A DNA stretch of 64,000 bases from Myxococcota bacterium (lineage in GTDB: Bacteria; Myxococcota; UBA4151): NCBI GenBank assembly GCA_036338695.1, contig JAYZBQ010000048.1, forward strand, positions 64,001 to 128,000, written 5' to 3'. How positions within the stretch are numbered: the first letter of the stretch is position 1; each line of letters begins with the position of its first letter. Positions 1 through 10,302 of the stretch are shown here, in pieces. A program made the translations under genes and the position numbers. The notes under the pieces were generated by a model. It saw only the letters and a program-made list of their open reading frames with translations. It was not told the DNA's origin and did no database searches.

Positions 1-2
1 GA

Positions 3-320
3 GACCCGATCCCCCCTCACTGGATCGGCGGCGCCGTCCAGCGCGGCTTGACCAGCTTTGAGACGGTCTGGGAGGAGCTCCTTGCGGTGGCTGAAGGGCG
101 TATGATCCCAAGCGCTGCGGCGATGCGCAGCCAGGTCGCCATGGAGCTCCCTCAGGTCAACCAGCAGCTCGAGGCACACGACACCGTCCTGAGCCTGCCC
201 GCAATCGACGCCAGCGAGGAGCTCAGCGTCGTGGTCAGCGGTGATCAACTCGACGCTGCCACCGCCCTCCTTGAGCCGTTGTTCGGCGACCCACTCCCCT
301 TTGCGCTCAAGCGCAGCTAA
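3..320 (+). CDS. Hypothetical protein, 5' end outside the window
   Basis: The frame is open from position 3 (DPIPPHWIGGAVQRG...) to TAA at 318-320. The stop is followed by an AAGGA RBS for the next gene. Confidence 0.6.
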   Translation, partial: DPIPPHWIGGAVQRGLTSFETVWEELLAVAEGRMIPSAAAMRSQVAMELPQVNQQLEAHDTVLSLPAIDASEELSVVVSGDQLDAATALLEPLFGDPLPFALKRS

Positions 321-329
321 AGGACCTCT

Positions 330-1646
330 ATGCGACTCTTTACGCTTATTGCGCTGACCAGCCTCTCGGCTCAGGCCAAGCCGCTCGACCTTAAAGTCCA
401 AGAAAGGACGCTATCAAACGGGCTGCAGGTGGTCTCAGTCGAGCGCTTCGCAGCGCCGACCGTGAGCGTCCAGCTGTGGGTCCGTACCGGCTCGCGTCAT
501 GAGCGCCCGGGCATCACCGGCATCGCCCACCTCTTCGAGCACATGATGTTCAAAGGCTCAAAGAATCTCGGCCCAGAAAAGCACGCTCAAGAGGTGATGA
601 AGATCGGCGGTCAGCTCAACGCTTATACCACCCACGACGCCACCGTCTATTACGAGGACGTCGCCGCCCAAAACTTCGACGCGATCCTCGCTCTCGAGGC
701 GGAGCGCTTTCAACATCTCGCGCTCTCCGAGTCGATGCTCGAGAGCGAGCGTGAGGTGGTCAAAGAAGAGCGCCGGATGCGGACCGACAACTCGCCCACA
801 GGGACCCTTATCGAGGCGTTCTTTGGGGCTGCCTACAAAGCGCACAACTACCGCTGGCCGGTGGTCGGCTGGATGAAGGACCTCGACGCGATCAACCTCA
901 AAGACTGCCAAGACTTCTTCAACATACACTACAACCCAAAGAACGTAACCGTGTTGATCGTCGGAGCGATCGACCATGAGACAGCGTTCAAGCGAGTCGA
1001 GCACCACTTTGGGGCGTGGCAAGCACAGCCTCGCTCGGAGCCGACGCCGCAGGTGGAGCCCGAGCTGACGAGCCGGCGCGAAGAGACGGTACGCTTCGCC
1101 ACCAACACGCCACTTCTGCTCGGCGGCTGGAAAGTTCCCGCAGCAAAGCATGAAGACATCGTTGCGCTCAAGCTGCTCGGTAAGATCCTCAGCGACGGCG
1201 CCTCGAGCCGCATGTATCGATCGCTGGTCTACGAACAAGAGCTCGCTCAATATGCGGCGGGCGATGTGCTGACTCAGGTGGACAACGGCCAGTTCTACCT
1301 CTGGTCAGCGGCGCGTCCGAGCGTGGACATCGACCAGGTCGAGGCGGCGATGCTCAAGGTCGTTGAGCAGGTCAAAAAGAACGGCGTGACCCCGAGTGAG
1401 CTCAAGCGCGCTCAGGCGCAAGCAGAGGCTGAGTCGGTGGCGAAGCTAAAGAAGGCACACGGCATCGCAAGCCTCTTGGGCTGGAGCTTGATGTACCACG
1501 GCGACTGGCGCCCTGCGCTCACTGAGCTTGACCGCCTCCGCGCCGTCCAACCGGAAGACGTGCAGCGCGTCGCCAAGACCTATCTGGCGCCCGATCGGAT
1601 GACGGTGGTCAAGCTGCTCCCCGAAGCGAAGGAGGTCACCCCATGA
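330..1646 (+). CDS. Secreted M16 family zinc peptidase, catalytic subunit
   Basis: Signal peptide, inverted zinc motif HLFEH, NAYT and EREVVKEERR motifs. Confidence 0.93.
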   Translation: MRLFTLIALTSLSAQAKPLDLKVQERTLSNGLQVVSVERFAAPTVSVQLWVRTGSRHERPGITGIAHLFEHMMFKGSKNLGPEKHAQEVMKIGGQLNAYTTHDATVYYEDVAAQNFDAILALEAERFQHLALSESMLESEREVVKEERRMRTDNSPTGTLIEAFFGAAYKAHNYRWPVVGWMKDLDAINLKDCQDFFNIHYNPKNVTVLIVGAIDHETAFKRVEHHFGAWQAQPRSEPTPQVEPELTSRREETVRFATNTPLLLGGWKVPAAKHEDIVALKLLGKILSDGASSRMYRSLVYEQELAQYAAGDVLTQVDNGQFYLWSAARPSVDIDQVEAAMLKVVEQVKKNGVTPSELKRAQAQAEAESVAKLKKAHGIASLLGWSLMYHGDWRPALTELDRLRAVQPEDVQRVAKTYLAPDRMTVVKLLPEAKEVTP

Positions 1647-3052
1647 GGTCGTTGATGCTGTTCTCGCTGGTCGCTGGTTGCGCCACCGCACCTCAGCGTG
1701 CCGCCACGCCGCAAGCCACGGCGAGCGAGTCGGCTCGGCAAACGCTTCGGTATCAGGTCGAGGGGGTCTCCGTGATCCAAGTGATCGATACGAGCCTGCC
1801 GACCATCCGCCTTACCTACCAGTTCCCTCAAGGCGCTGACGCTGAGCAGCCTTCAGAGCTCGGCGCCACTCGGCTGCTCGCCAGCCTCATGACCAAGGGC
1901 TCCAAAGGGCGCTCGGCGATGGAGGTAGCGCAAGCGGTGGATGCGCTCGGGGCGTCGATCTCGGGCTCGGCGAGTCGCGACGCCATGACCTTCTCGGCGG
2001 GCGGGTTGAGCCGAGACCTAGGAGCCTTGTCGACGCTCCTCGCCGACACCGTGCGCCACCCGAACCTCGACGCCCAAGAGTTCGAGCGCCTCAAGCGTCA
2101 AGCGCTTGCCGGCATGAAGAGCAGCCGAACACGCGGTCAGAGCCTCGCGCAACCGGCGCTGCTCAAGCTGATGTACAACGGCGACCGACTCGGCACGCCG
2201 ATCAGCGGGGACGAAGCGAGCGTTGGTGCGCTTGGGCTTGAGACGCTCAAGTCACTCTACAAACAAAGCGTCCACCCCGGCGGGCTGGTGATCGGTGTGT
2301 TCGGCGACGCAACGCAAGCCGAGGTCACAAAGCACCTGAAAACGCAGCTCGCTGGCTGGGTTGCGCAGGGCGAGCGCAAACGGCCACCGGAGGCTGCGTT
2401 CGCGCCGAAGGTGCGCATTCACCTGGTCGATAAACCCGACCTGACGCAGGTGAATGTCCATCTTGGGCATGCAGGGATCAAGCGCAACCGGGATGACTTC
2501 GAGGCGGTCACGCTCATGAACTATGCGCTCGGCGGCGGCGGCTTCTCGAGCCGTCTGATGAAGCTGATCCGGTCGGAGCGCGGGCTCACCTACGGCATCC
2601 GCTCCGGCTTCTCGTCGGGCGAACGCGCCGGTCCGTTTATGATCACCAGCTTTACCCGGGTCGACAAGGTCCGTGAGCTGATCGACCTGAGCATGCGCGT
2701 GCTCAGCGAGGTCAAAAACCAAGGGATCACGCAGGGCGAGCTCGACGACGCCAAGGGCTATTACCTTGGCTCGTACCCGCTCAGCCTCGAGACCGTCGAA
2801 GGCGAGGGCGGAAAGCTGCTGCAAGCAGCTCGTTACGGCTTAGGCGATGACTTCATCAGCGCCTACCCTAAGCGCCTTGAGGCGGTCACGCTCGAGGCGG
2901 TCAATGCGCTCGCTAAGAGCTTACTTGAGCCCGATAAGCTGGTGATCGTCTTGGTCGGCCCCAAGGATCAGCTCATCGAGTCGGTCAAGGACCTCGGGGC
3001 GATGCGCGCCACCTGGTGGGAAGATGACCGACCCGTCTCGGTGACCCCCTAA
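1643..3052 (+). CDS. M16 family peptidase, non-catalytic partner subunit (lipoprotein)
   Basis: Lipobox VAGC and LGGGGFSSRL..IRSERGLTYG motif. No HXXEH. ATGA-coupled to the previous gene. Confidence 0.9.
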   Translation: MRSLMLFSLVAGCATAPQRAATPQATASESARQTLRYQVEGVSVIQVIDTSLPTIRLTYQFPQGADAEQPSELGATRLLASLMTKGSKGRSAMEVAQAVDALGASISGSASRDAMTFSAGGLSRDLGALSTLLADTVRHPNLDAQEFERLKRQALAGMKSSRTRGQSLAQPALLKLMYNGDRLGTPISGDEASVGALGLETLKSLYKQSVHPGGLVIGVFGDATQAEVTKHLKTQLAGWVAQGERKRPPEAAFAPKVRIHLVDKPDLTQVNVHLGHAGIKRNRDDFEAVTLMNYALGGGGFSSRLMKLIRSERGLTYGIRSGFSSGERAGPFMITSFTRVDKVRELIDLSMRVLSEVKNQGITQGELDDAKGYYLGSYPLSLETVEGEGGKLLQAARYGLGDDFISAYPKRLEAVTLEAVNALAKSLLEPDKLVIVLVGPKDQLIESVKDLGAMRATWWEDDRPVSVTP

Positions 3053-3092
3053 ACTTCTTGCACTTCACGGACTTCCGAACCATCGGGTGGCT

Positions 3093-3803
3093 ATGAACAT
3101 CGACGTGACGGTAGTGATCCCGGTGTACAACGAGGAGCTGATCCTCGAAGAGGCACTTCTTGAGCTGCTCGAGAACCTGCGGGCGCACCAGTCGGCGTTT
3201 GAGGTGATCATCTCAGCCAACGGGTGCGTCGATCAGACCGAGGCGATCGCTGAGCGGCTTGCGGCCTCTCACCCAGAACTGATCCTCCACCGCTGCCCTG
3301 AGCCAGACTACGGTGAGGCGCTCAAGCAAGGCATCGAGCGGGCGCGCGGTCGGCTGGTGATTTGCGAAGAGATCGACCTGTGTGATGATCGATTTCATCG
3401 CACGGCGCTTGCGATGCTCGACGCAGACCCTGAGCTGGCGATGGTGGTGGGCTCCAAAGCCCTCCCCGGCGCACGCGACCGACGGCCTTACTTCCGCCGC
3501 TTCGCCACCCGCGTCCTCAACCGGATGCTGCGCACCGCAACGGGCTGGCGTGGCACCGACACGCACGGCTTAAAGGCGCTGCGGCGGGAGTTGATGCTGC
3601 CCGTCGTCGAGCGCTGTGAGCTACGCCGCGACCTCTTTGCGTCCGAGATGGTGATCCGCGCCTTTCATATGGACTGCCGAGTCGTCGAGTACCCGATCGA
3701 GCTTAGCGAGAAGCGACCGCCCAGCATCGGGTTGATGCGGCGAGTACCCAAGGTGCTGAGCGATATGGGCAAGCTGGCGGTGACGGTGCGCCGCAACAAA
3801 TAG
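3093..3803 (+). CDS. Glycosyltransferase family 2 (DPM1-like)
   Basis: VVIPVYNEE, G..RARG, D-T-H-G-L-K-A, and FASEM motifs. The DXD position reads EID. Confidence 0.88.
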   Translation: MNIDVTVVIPVYNEELILEEALLELLENLRAHQSAFEVIISANGCVDQTEAIAERLAASHPELILHRCPEPDYGEALKQGIERARGRLVICEEIDLCDDRFHRTALAMLDADPELAMVVGSKALPGARDRRPYFRRFATRVLNRMLRTATGWRGTDTHGLKALRRELMLPVVERCELRRDLFASEMVIRAFHMDCRVVEYPIELSEKRPPSIGLMRRVPKVLSDMGKLAVTVRRNK

Positions 3804-3805
3804 GT

Positions 3806-5155
3806 TCAGTCGCTGGCGAGCCAAGCGGCTGCTTTGCGGCCATGGATCAGGGCGTCCTCCATGGCGGAATACTCCCAGTTGCCGTAGCGCCCCGTGCTCA
3901 ACACGTCGTGCTCGAGCAGATAGTCGAGCAAGACCTGGCGGCTCCTTTGGTAGTTGGGGTCCTGCAGCACATAGGCATGCGAGACGTGCTCAACGTGCAC
4001 ATCAAGGACCGAGCCCACGCCGTCGATCAACCCAGCTTCATCGAGCCCTCGCAAGCAAGCCTCCACCTCGTCCTCGACTCTCCGGTCACCTCGGTGTGCG
4101 ATCTCGACATAGAAGTTTCGCGTATCCCCGTCGGTCATCTTTGGCTCCACCGCCGAGAAGGAGCCGACCCGATAAAACGGGAACTGGCGCTCGGGGAAGT
4201 AGACCCAATGAGGCTGCCCCTCGCCATCCCAGCGGCCCTCTCGGTCGTGGTTCGAGCCCTTCGCCAGCACATCGAGGTGGCTGACCGTCGTGCTGCGTAA
4301 CAAGCTGCGCGCCTCGAGCACCTCACTCGGCAGCTCCCCCCCTCGTCCGCAGGCGTCGATCACGCTCGCAAGCGGCATCGTGGAGACGAGCCTGTCGTAG
4401 CCGATCTGCTCGCCGTCACGCGTCGTTAACCGACGTTTGGCGAGCTCGATCCGTTCGACCTGACGCTCGTGCTCCACCTCGACGTTGAGGGTTCGCTGGA
4501 TGGCGCGCGCCAAGCCTTCGATCCCGCCGCCATCATCCGGATACAAGAAGTGGGTATTGTACCCCAGCGCCTCACGAGAGGCACCGACCGCCCCAGCGAT
4601 CACGTCTTCGACCTTTGGGATCGGGATGTAGCTCGATTCACACCAGGCAGCCGACAGTTCGCGCGGGTGCACGGTCCAGATTTTCTCATTGTACGGGAAC
4701 ATGAAATGCTCTGCGATGCCGCGCCCGAACTTCTGCTCGATCCAGTCAGCGAAGGTGACCGGCTCGGGACGTTGCGGCACATTAGGGCCTCGCTCCACGT
4801 CATAAAGGCGGGCGTCCACAAAGCCTTGAAGACACGCTTGAGCGACCGCCGGCGGCAGACCGTAGGTGTTCGCTTGAAACGGGTAGAGCGTGTAGACACC
4901 GGCGCTGTAGACCCGCGCTTTGCGGTCGTGCTTGGCGAGGTTGAGCCCCGGAAGACTGGCGACCCAGTCTTGGGTCTCGGAGTCGCGCAGGTGGAGCCAA
5001 TGCCCTGTAATGTCAAAGCGGGCGCCGGCTCGCCGGCGCGTGCGCGCCTTGCCGCCGATAAACGGAGTGGCTTCGAGCAGACGCAGCTCCGACGTCGCGT
5101 GCGCTGCCGCCGAGAGGCCCGTGAGCCCCGCACCGAGGACGACGTGCTGCGTCAT
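3806..5155 (-). CDS. FAD-dependent oxidoreductase (UDP-galactopyranose mutase / protoporphyrinogen oxidase-like)
   Basis: GAGLTGL Rossmann motif, FDITGH, PYNEKIW and GRYGNWEYSAME. Start placed at ATG 5155, which forms an ATGA overlap with the upstream stop. Confidence 0.82.
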   Translation of the reverse strand: MTQHVVLGAGLTGLSAAAHATSELRLLEATPFIGGKARTRRRAGARFDITGHWLHLRDSETQDWVASLPGLNLAKHDRKARVYSAGVYTLYPFQANTYGLPPAVAQACLQGFVDARLYDVERGPNVPQRPEPVTFADWIEQKFGRGIAEHFMFPYNEKIWTVHPRELSAAWCESSYIPIPKVEDVIAGAVGASREALGYNTHFLYPDDGGGIEGLARAIQRTLNVEVEHERQVERIELAKRRLTTRDGEQIGYDRLVSTMPLASVIDACGRGGELPSEVLEARSLLRSTTVSHLDVLAKGSNHDREGRWDGEGQPHWVYFPERQFPFYRVGSFSAVEPKMTDGDTRNFYVEIAHRGDRRVEDEVEACLRGLDEAGLIDGVGSVLDVHVEHVSHAYVLQDPNYQRSRQVLLDYLLEHDVLSTGRYGNWEYSAMEDALIHGRKAAAWLASD

Positions 5156-7107
5156 GACCTCAGCTTGACCCGGCGGCGACGTACCAACGCAGCGAAAAGG
5201 AGCCACTCAAGCCCGACGCCCGACGCCGAACCGCAGGCGCAACCCAGCCCGGTCTGCTGACCGCCACCAGCGCCTGGCTCGTATCGACACACGCCGGGCT
5301 CGCCCACCGAGCCATCACATAGATGATCCGCAGGGCACCAGCCGTCTCCACCGCACCATGTCGTGCAGCGCCCGTCCTGGCAGATGCCGTGCACGCACTC
5401 ACTGGCTTGAGCACACGACTCACCGACCTGGTTGGTGCCCGTGTCGCCGTCCTCGCGACACATGCCGTTGCCCATCTGATCCACGACGCAGCCTTGACCC
5501 TCGGGGCATTGATAGTGCCCGAGGCGCGGGTCGCATCCTCGACCGCAGCGTCCGATCCCATCAAAGTAGCCGCACGCGCCGCTCTGACAATGCGCATCGT
5601 CCGCACAGCGTCCTTCCGGCCCTTGGGGCTCTTGCGGCTCGAACGGCGAGCACTCATCGGATTCACAGATCTGGCCAGCCGGGCAGTCCAGATCGTCGAC
5701 GCAGCTTGCGCCCACGTAGGGAGCGCAGACGCCGCCGCCGTCGCGCGTCGGCTGACACTCGAGGCCGCCGCTGCAGTCGGCGCGCGTCTGACAGTTCTGG
5801 AAGCATCGGCGCGTGCCGTCGTAGTAGATGCAGCTGGTCCCTTCTTCACAGGGCTTGTCCTCACACGACTCACCGAGCCGGGCGAAGCGTCGGTCCAGGC
5901 ACACCCGGATCGTGTCGACACCCGGCCGCGTCACCTGCGCACACTCTTGGTCCGCACCGCAGTCCCCGTCGCGTGCGCAGGTTCGGGCACAGGTCCACCC
6001 TCGCCCGGTCGGCGCACATTCGAGACCCTCGGCGCAGGCGTAGTAGCTGTCGCACGCCTCGCCTTCTTGCGTGTCGCCGCCGTCAATGCACAGCGAGAAC
6101 CGCTGATTATTTTGACCGTCGAACGTTCGGCAGGTGGTCCCTTGTGGACAGGGCGCGTCGCCGCGCTCACAGGTCTGATAGCAGCGCGCATCGTTCTCAT
6201 CACCAAGGCACAGGAGGCCCTCCTGACACGGGCGGCCGACACAGGCCTCACCTCGGCCCGCTGCGTCGGCGAGGGCGTCGGCGCGCAGACAGACGTTCTG
6301 ACCACCGCTTTGCCGGCACTCGTAACCCGTCGGACAGTTGCCGCAGGTCTGGCTACAATACTGGCTGTTGCGATCCGTGATGCAGAGCCCTGAGTTGCAG
6401 TCGCTGTTGCGCGTACAGCCCCAGCCTAACCCGCCGCGCTGTCCCGGGTACACACCGCAGATGCCGTCGGTGTCGTCCTGCCTGAGATACCGAAACGGGT
6501 AGCCGACATAGCTGGGCGTCATCACCGCATCGACGGTGCAGTTCTCGCAAGGATGATCCAGCCCAAGGGCGTGGCCGATCTCGTGCACGGCGATGCTCTC
6601 GACGTCGATGTGTCGCCCGCGATCAGCGGTCCCCCAACGCCCTCGGTTGCTCGGATAGCTAACCTCGTTGAACTGGATATCCGCATCGACGATGTAGCAG
6701 CCATTGTAAGGGCGTCGACCGCCGCCACTGCAGGCGCCGCGCCGACCGATAAACGAGGTCGTCGTGATCCCGAGGGTCCCCGGTCCATAAGGCCAAGCCT
6801 GTGGGTTGCTCTGGAACCAGATGTTGTTGGTGTTGTCGTTGGTGGCGGTCGGCGCCCCACGTACATCGCCCAGGTCCTGACCAGCGATCGGCGAGCAGGT
6901 CACGTCCGTCCAGCTCTGCAGCCCCGAGCGAATCGCGCGCACGTCCGAGCCGTCGTTGATGCCCGAGCGGCTGCTCCCGGAGGTGTCGATGCGAAACCCG
7001 ATGGTGTTGGTCTGCGTGGTGTTCCACTTCCCGACCTGCCCTTGCCAGGCCTGCGCATCGACGGCGGCGAGCAGTAGGACGCTGGCGATGGTCAGCTTGA
7101 CGTTCAT
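5152..7107 (-). CDS. Matrixin (M10-like) zinc metalloprotease with Cys-rich repeats and MYXO-CTERM-like anchor
   Basis: Signal peptide, HEIGHALGLDH and Met-turn AVMTP, many C-x-C repeats, C-terminal GCAC..hydrophobic..RRRR. Confidence 0.9.
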   Translation of the reverse strand: MNVKLTIASVLLLAAVDAQAWQGQVGKWNTTQTNTIGFRIDTSGSSRSGINDGSDVRAIRSGLQSWTDVTCSPIAGQDLGDVRGAPTATNDNTNNIWFQSNPQAWPYGPGTLGITTTSFIGRRGACSGGGRRPYNGCYIVDADIQFNEVSYPSNRGRWGTADRGRHIDVESIAVHEIGHALGLDHPCENCTVDAVMTPSYVGYPFRYLRQDDTDGICGVYPGQRGGLGWGCTRNSDCNSGLCITDRNSQYCSQTCGNCPTGYECRQSGGQNVCLRADALADAAGRGEACVGRPCQEGLLCLGDENDARCYQTCERGDAPCPQGTTCRTFDGQNNQRFSLCIDGGDTQEGEACDSYYACAEGLECAPTGRGWTCARTCARDGDCGADQECAQVTRPGVDTIRVCLDRRFARLGESCEDKPCEEGTSCIYYDGTRRCFQNCQTRADCSGGLECQPTRDGGGVCAPYVGASCVDDLDCPAGQICESDECSPFEPQEPQGPEGRCADDAHCQSGACGYFDGIGRCGRGCDPRLGHYQCPEGQGCVVDQMGNGMCREDGDTGTNQVGESCAQASECVHGICQDGRCTTWCGGDGWCPADHLCDGSVGEPGVCRYEPGAGGGQQTGLGCACGSASGVGLEWLLFAALVRRRRVKLRS

Positions 7108-7658
7108 CAGCGTACCCCAGCGTAACGGCGGACTTCAGCAGCCAGCTGCCGAAGCGGCATCCGAGCCGGCTCTGGCGCGTCTCCTGGGCGGATCACGCCG
7201 TCTTTACCCGGCGCCGCAAAGGCGACGTCCGTCAGCTCCTCAACGACCACAGCGGTCTCGCCGCTGCGTTTGACCAGGAAGCGGCCGAGCCCGATCCCCA
7301 CCTGCACGAAGCGCTCCTGAAAAGCAGACAAGAACAGAACCACTTCTTCACCGCTTTGGAACCGGCTGGTGCCAGGGATCACCTGAACGAGATCTCCGAG
7401 GGTCCCGCCCATCTGCAGCAACGTGATGGCTGCGCCTCGCTCATGCTTTCCCTTGAACGACTCGACCACCTCGAGCTCGATCAGGGTCGCCAGCGCGCCC
7501 GGGCGCTGCTCCACCGTACGGATCGTGCCGACGCGCACGTGCACGACGGCGTCGCTCAGCTCGGTCATCTGCGCTCGATCGAGCTTCATTACGGTGGTTG
7601 CGTCGGCTGGTGCTGACCAGCACAAACCGGCGCCGAGTATGATCGCCATCATCCGCAT
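7107..7658 (-). CDS. Secreted hypothetical protein resembling a matrixin-associated N-terminal/pro-domain
   Basis: Signal peptide ending ADA-TT, then L..SDAVVHVRV and GG...VIPG..RF..GEEVVLFL. GAGAGGA RBS upstream of ATG 7658. Confidence 0.7.
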   Translation of the reverse strand: MRMMAIILGAGLCWSAPADATTVMKLDRAQMTELSDAVVHVRVGTIRTVEQRPGALATLIELEVVESFKGKHERGAAITLLQMGGTLGDLVQVIPGTSRFQSGEEVVLFLSAFQERFVQVGIGLGRFLVKRSGETAVVVEELTDVAFAAPGKDGVIRPGDAPEPARMPLRQLAAEVRRYAGVR

Positions 7659-8986
7659 CGTCGTCTTCCTCTCAAACCCCACATCGCCGCTACCATGATC
7701 CACCACCAGGCGCTGTGCAAAGAACCGCTTGTGCACCCGCACCCCGTCTCTGGATCTTGATCGCCGCAGCGTGTCAAATCAACCGTTTCGACCACACAAT
7801 AGCCGCCCCGGCACGAAGTGCCAGTCGGACAAACGTCCCCCTCGGAGCACCGCTGCGTACAGAGGTGGCGCTCGACCCCCCGGATGCTCGCAGGCTCGCA
7901 CAACCCGGTTGCGCAGAGTTCGGGCTGCGGCAAAAAATTGTCCGGGCGGTTACACTGCGCACCGATCGGGAGGTACTCGCCGTTGTCGGCGCCTCCCATC
8001 AGGCTCACACAGTAGCCGTCGCCCTCGATGGCGAGCCGGCAGCTCATCCCACCGGGGCATGGGTCGTCCATAGCGCATCGGCGGCTGCACTTCCCTTGAC
8101 GACACAGTCCCGACGAACACTCACAATTCTCAGCGCACCCCTCGCCGAGCCGCAAGCTCGCCTGCTCAACGTCGGCGCGCACGCCAGGGTAGAGCTCGCA
8201 GATGCCCGCCACATCGCTCGGACGCGGCCCGATCTCGGGATGCCCAGACCAAGCCGGCGCCATAATGGCGTCGCTGCCCGACGGCGTATGCCCCAAGCCG
8301 GTGAGGTGACCGAACTCATGCAGCATGACCGAGAAGACGTCGATCGCGTCGCCACCAGTCGTCGGCGTCGACCACCGGTGATGCACCCCGTTCATCAAGA
8401 TATCGGAGTCCGTGCTGCGGTCCCCGCTCATCGAGGTCACCGTGACCCCAAGCGTCGCCGGTCCTCCCGGAAAACCGGTCTCCATCCAGAAAAACTTGTT
8501 TCGGCCATCCGCCGCCTGATCCCAGGTCGCAAAGTCAGGATCCTGCTCTTCAGCCTCAAAGACGCTGCACGGCACCAGCCGCCAGCTCCTGATGGCGGCG
8601 CGCATGGCATCCGTTGAGACGCTCGGGTCGTCAAAGTCGGCGCTCCCCGCCGGGTCGATCGAGTAGATCAGGCGACCGACGCAGGTCTCCTCCCGGCAGT
8701 ATCCGTCCGTGCAGCGGCGACCGTCCAAGCAGTCGGCGTCGCCCTGGCAGGTGCCAAACCGGCCCGTTTGGCGACACGACTTCCCCGCCGGGCACCCACC
8801 CACGCAGGACTCGCCCAGCACCGACCAGCGCCAATTGGACCGCAAAAACATTGGCTGCGGACCGCAGCTCGCCTCCGGCCAGCAGCCGTGAGCGGGTCCA
8901 CAGAGCCCCTCGGTACACGGGTTCTCCGCTGCGAGCGATGGCGCAGCGAACAGACCGACGATGAGGACGAGGCTTACGCGAAGCAC
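7649..8986 (-). CDS. Second matrixin metalloprotease with Cys-rich repeats and MYXO-CTERM-like anchor
   Basis: HEFGHLTGLGH, AIMAP Met-turn and a GCGC..WWW..RGRRR tail. GTG start at 8986 follows a GGAGGGG RBS. Confidence 0.88.
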   Translation of the reverse strand: MLRVSLVLIVGLFAAPSLAAENPCTEGLCGPAHGCWPEASCGPQPMFLRSNWRWSVLGESCVGGCPAGKSCRQTGRFGTCQGDADCLDGRRCTDGYCREETCVGRLIYSIDPAGSADFDDPSVSTDAMRAAIRSWRLVPCSVFEAEEQDPDFATWDQAADGRNKFFWMETGFPGGPATLGVTVTSMSGDRSTDSDILMNGVHHRWSTPTTGGDAIDVFSVMLHEFGHLTGLGHTPSGSDAIMAPAWSGHPEIGPRPSDVAGICELYPGVRADVEQASLRLGEGCAENCECSSGLCRQGKCSRRCAMDDPCPGGMSCRLAIEGDGYCVSLMGGADNGEYLPIGAQCNRPDNFLPQPELCATGLCEPASIRGVERHLCTQRCSEGDVCPTGTSCRGGYCVVETVDLTRCGDQDPETGCGCTSGSLHSAWWWIMVAAMWGLRGRRRCG

Positions 8987-9105
8987 CGAAATTCCCCTCC
9001 TGGAGCGGTGTAGAAATAGGGCGCAATGAGCCGCTTCCGCAACCACCCCGACCGATTCGCGAGTTTGTGTGCACGCCGAGTCAAAAAGCGGATACACGAA
9101 AGCCC

Positions 9106-10293
9106 ATGAGCGAACGACCACTCCACGTACCAGGATTTCGCTTCGGTGGCTGGCGCTGCGGGATCAAACCCAGCGGTGGGATGGACCTTGGGCTGATCCT
9201 GGCGGACCGCCCGGTGCCCGCAGCTGCGGTGTTCACCCAGAACCAAATTTTTGCGGCGCCGGTCGCTGCGAGCCGTGCGGCGATCCAGGGCGGGCGCGCC
9301 CAAGCGGTCATCGTGAACTCTGGAAACGCCAACGCCTGCACCGGCGCAGCGGGCGTCGAGGCGACGCAACGGACGGTGGCACAGCTCGCAAGCGCCCTCG
9401 GGTGTGCTGAAGAACACATCCAAGTGGCCAGCACAGGCGTGATCGGCGTCCCGTTACCGGTCGAGAAGATCACCGATCAGCTCGACGAGGCGGTGCGCGC
9501 AGCCGCCGCCAGTCAAGCCTCGGCCGACGAGTTTGGCGACGCGATCTGCACGACGGACCGTTTCCCAAAGGGCGCGAGCCGGCGCGTCCAAGGGTACACG
9601 GTCTCGGTGTTCGCCAAAGGCGCGGGCATGATTGCGCCGAATATGGCGACGATGCTGGCCTACGCGGTCACCGACGCGCCCATCGACAGCGGCGCGCTCG
9701 CTGCGCTGTGGGGCCGCGTGATCGATCAAAGCTTTAACGCCGTTATGGTCGACGGCGACACCTCGACCAACGACACCGCCGTCATCATGGCCGGCGGACG
9801 CGGCGAGCCGCTCGCTGGGCAGGACCTCGCCCGCTTTGAGGTGGCGCTTTTGGCTGCCTGTCAGGAGGCGGCTGTTCAGCTGGTCGAAGATGGTGAGGGC
9901 GCCCGTTGCATCGTGGAGCTTCGGGTGCGTGGGGCCCGCTCTAACGCCGAGGCTCGCTCCATTGCGCAAACGATCGCGCTGTCCCCCTTGTGCAAGACGG
10001 CCTTCTTTGGCGCTGACCCCAACTGGGGGCGGATCATCGCCGCCGCCGGGCGCAGCGCTGCGAGCCTTGAGCCCGAGCGGCTCCACCTGACCTTGCGCGC
10101 CGGTGAGCACGCTGTGCCCTTGTTCGCGCACGGCGTACCGCTCGATTTCGATCATGCGCTGGCGGTTAAGCTCATGCGCTCGGCGCGCTTTGGCTTTGAT
10201 TTGGACGTAGGCGCCGGGGAGAGCACCCATCGCCTCTGGACCTGCGACTTAGGGCATAATTACGTGACCTTAAACGCTGAATACACGACGTAA
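9106..10293 (+). CDS. argJ: Bifunctional ornithine acetyltransferase / N-acetylglutamate synthase
   Basis: NSGNANACTG, STGVIG, KGAGMIAPNMATML, DGDTSTND, DPNWGR and C-terminal NAEYTT. Confidence 0.97.
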   Translation: MSERPLHVPGFRFGGWRCGIKPSGGMDLGLILADRPVPAAAVFTQNQIFAAPVAASRAAIQGGRAQAVIVNSGNANACTGAAGVEATQRTVAQLASALGCAEEHIQVASTGVIGVPLPVEKITDQLDEAVRAAAASQASADEFGDAICTTDRFPKGASRRVQGYTVSVFAKGAGMIAPNMATMLAYAVTDAPIDSGALAALWGRVIDQSFNAVMVDGDTSTNDTAVIMAGGRGEPLAGQDLARFEVALLAACQEAAVQLVEDGEGARCIVELRVRGARSNAEARSIAQTIALSPLCKTAFFGADPNWGRIIAAAGRSAASLEPERLHLTLRAGEHAVPLFAHGVPLDFDHALAVKLMRSARFGFDLDVGAGESTHRLWTCDLGHNYVTLNAEYTT

Positions 10294-10302
10294 GGGTATA
10301 CC

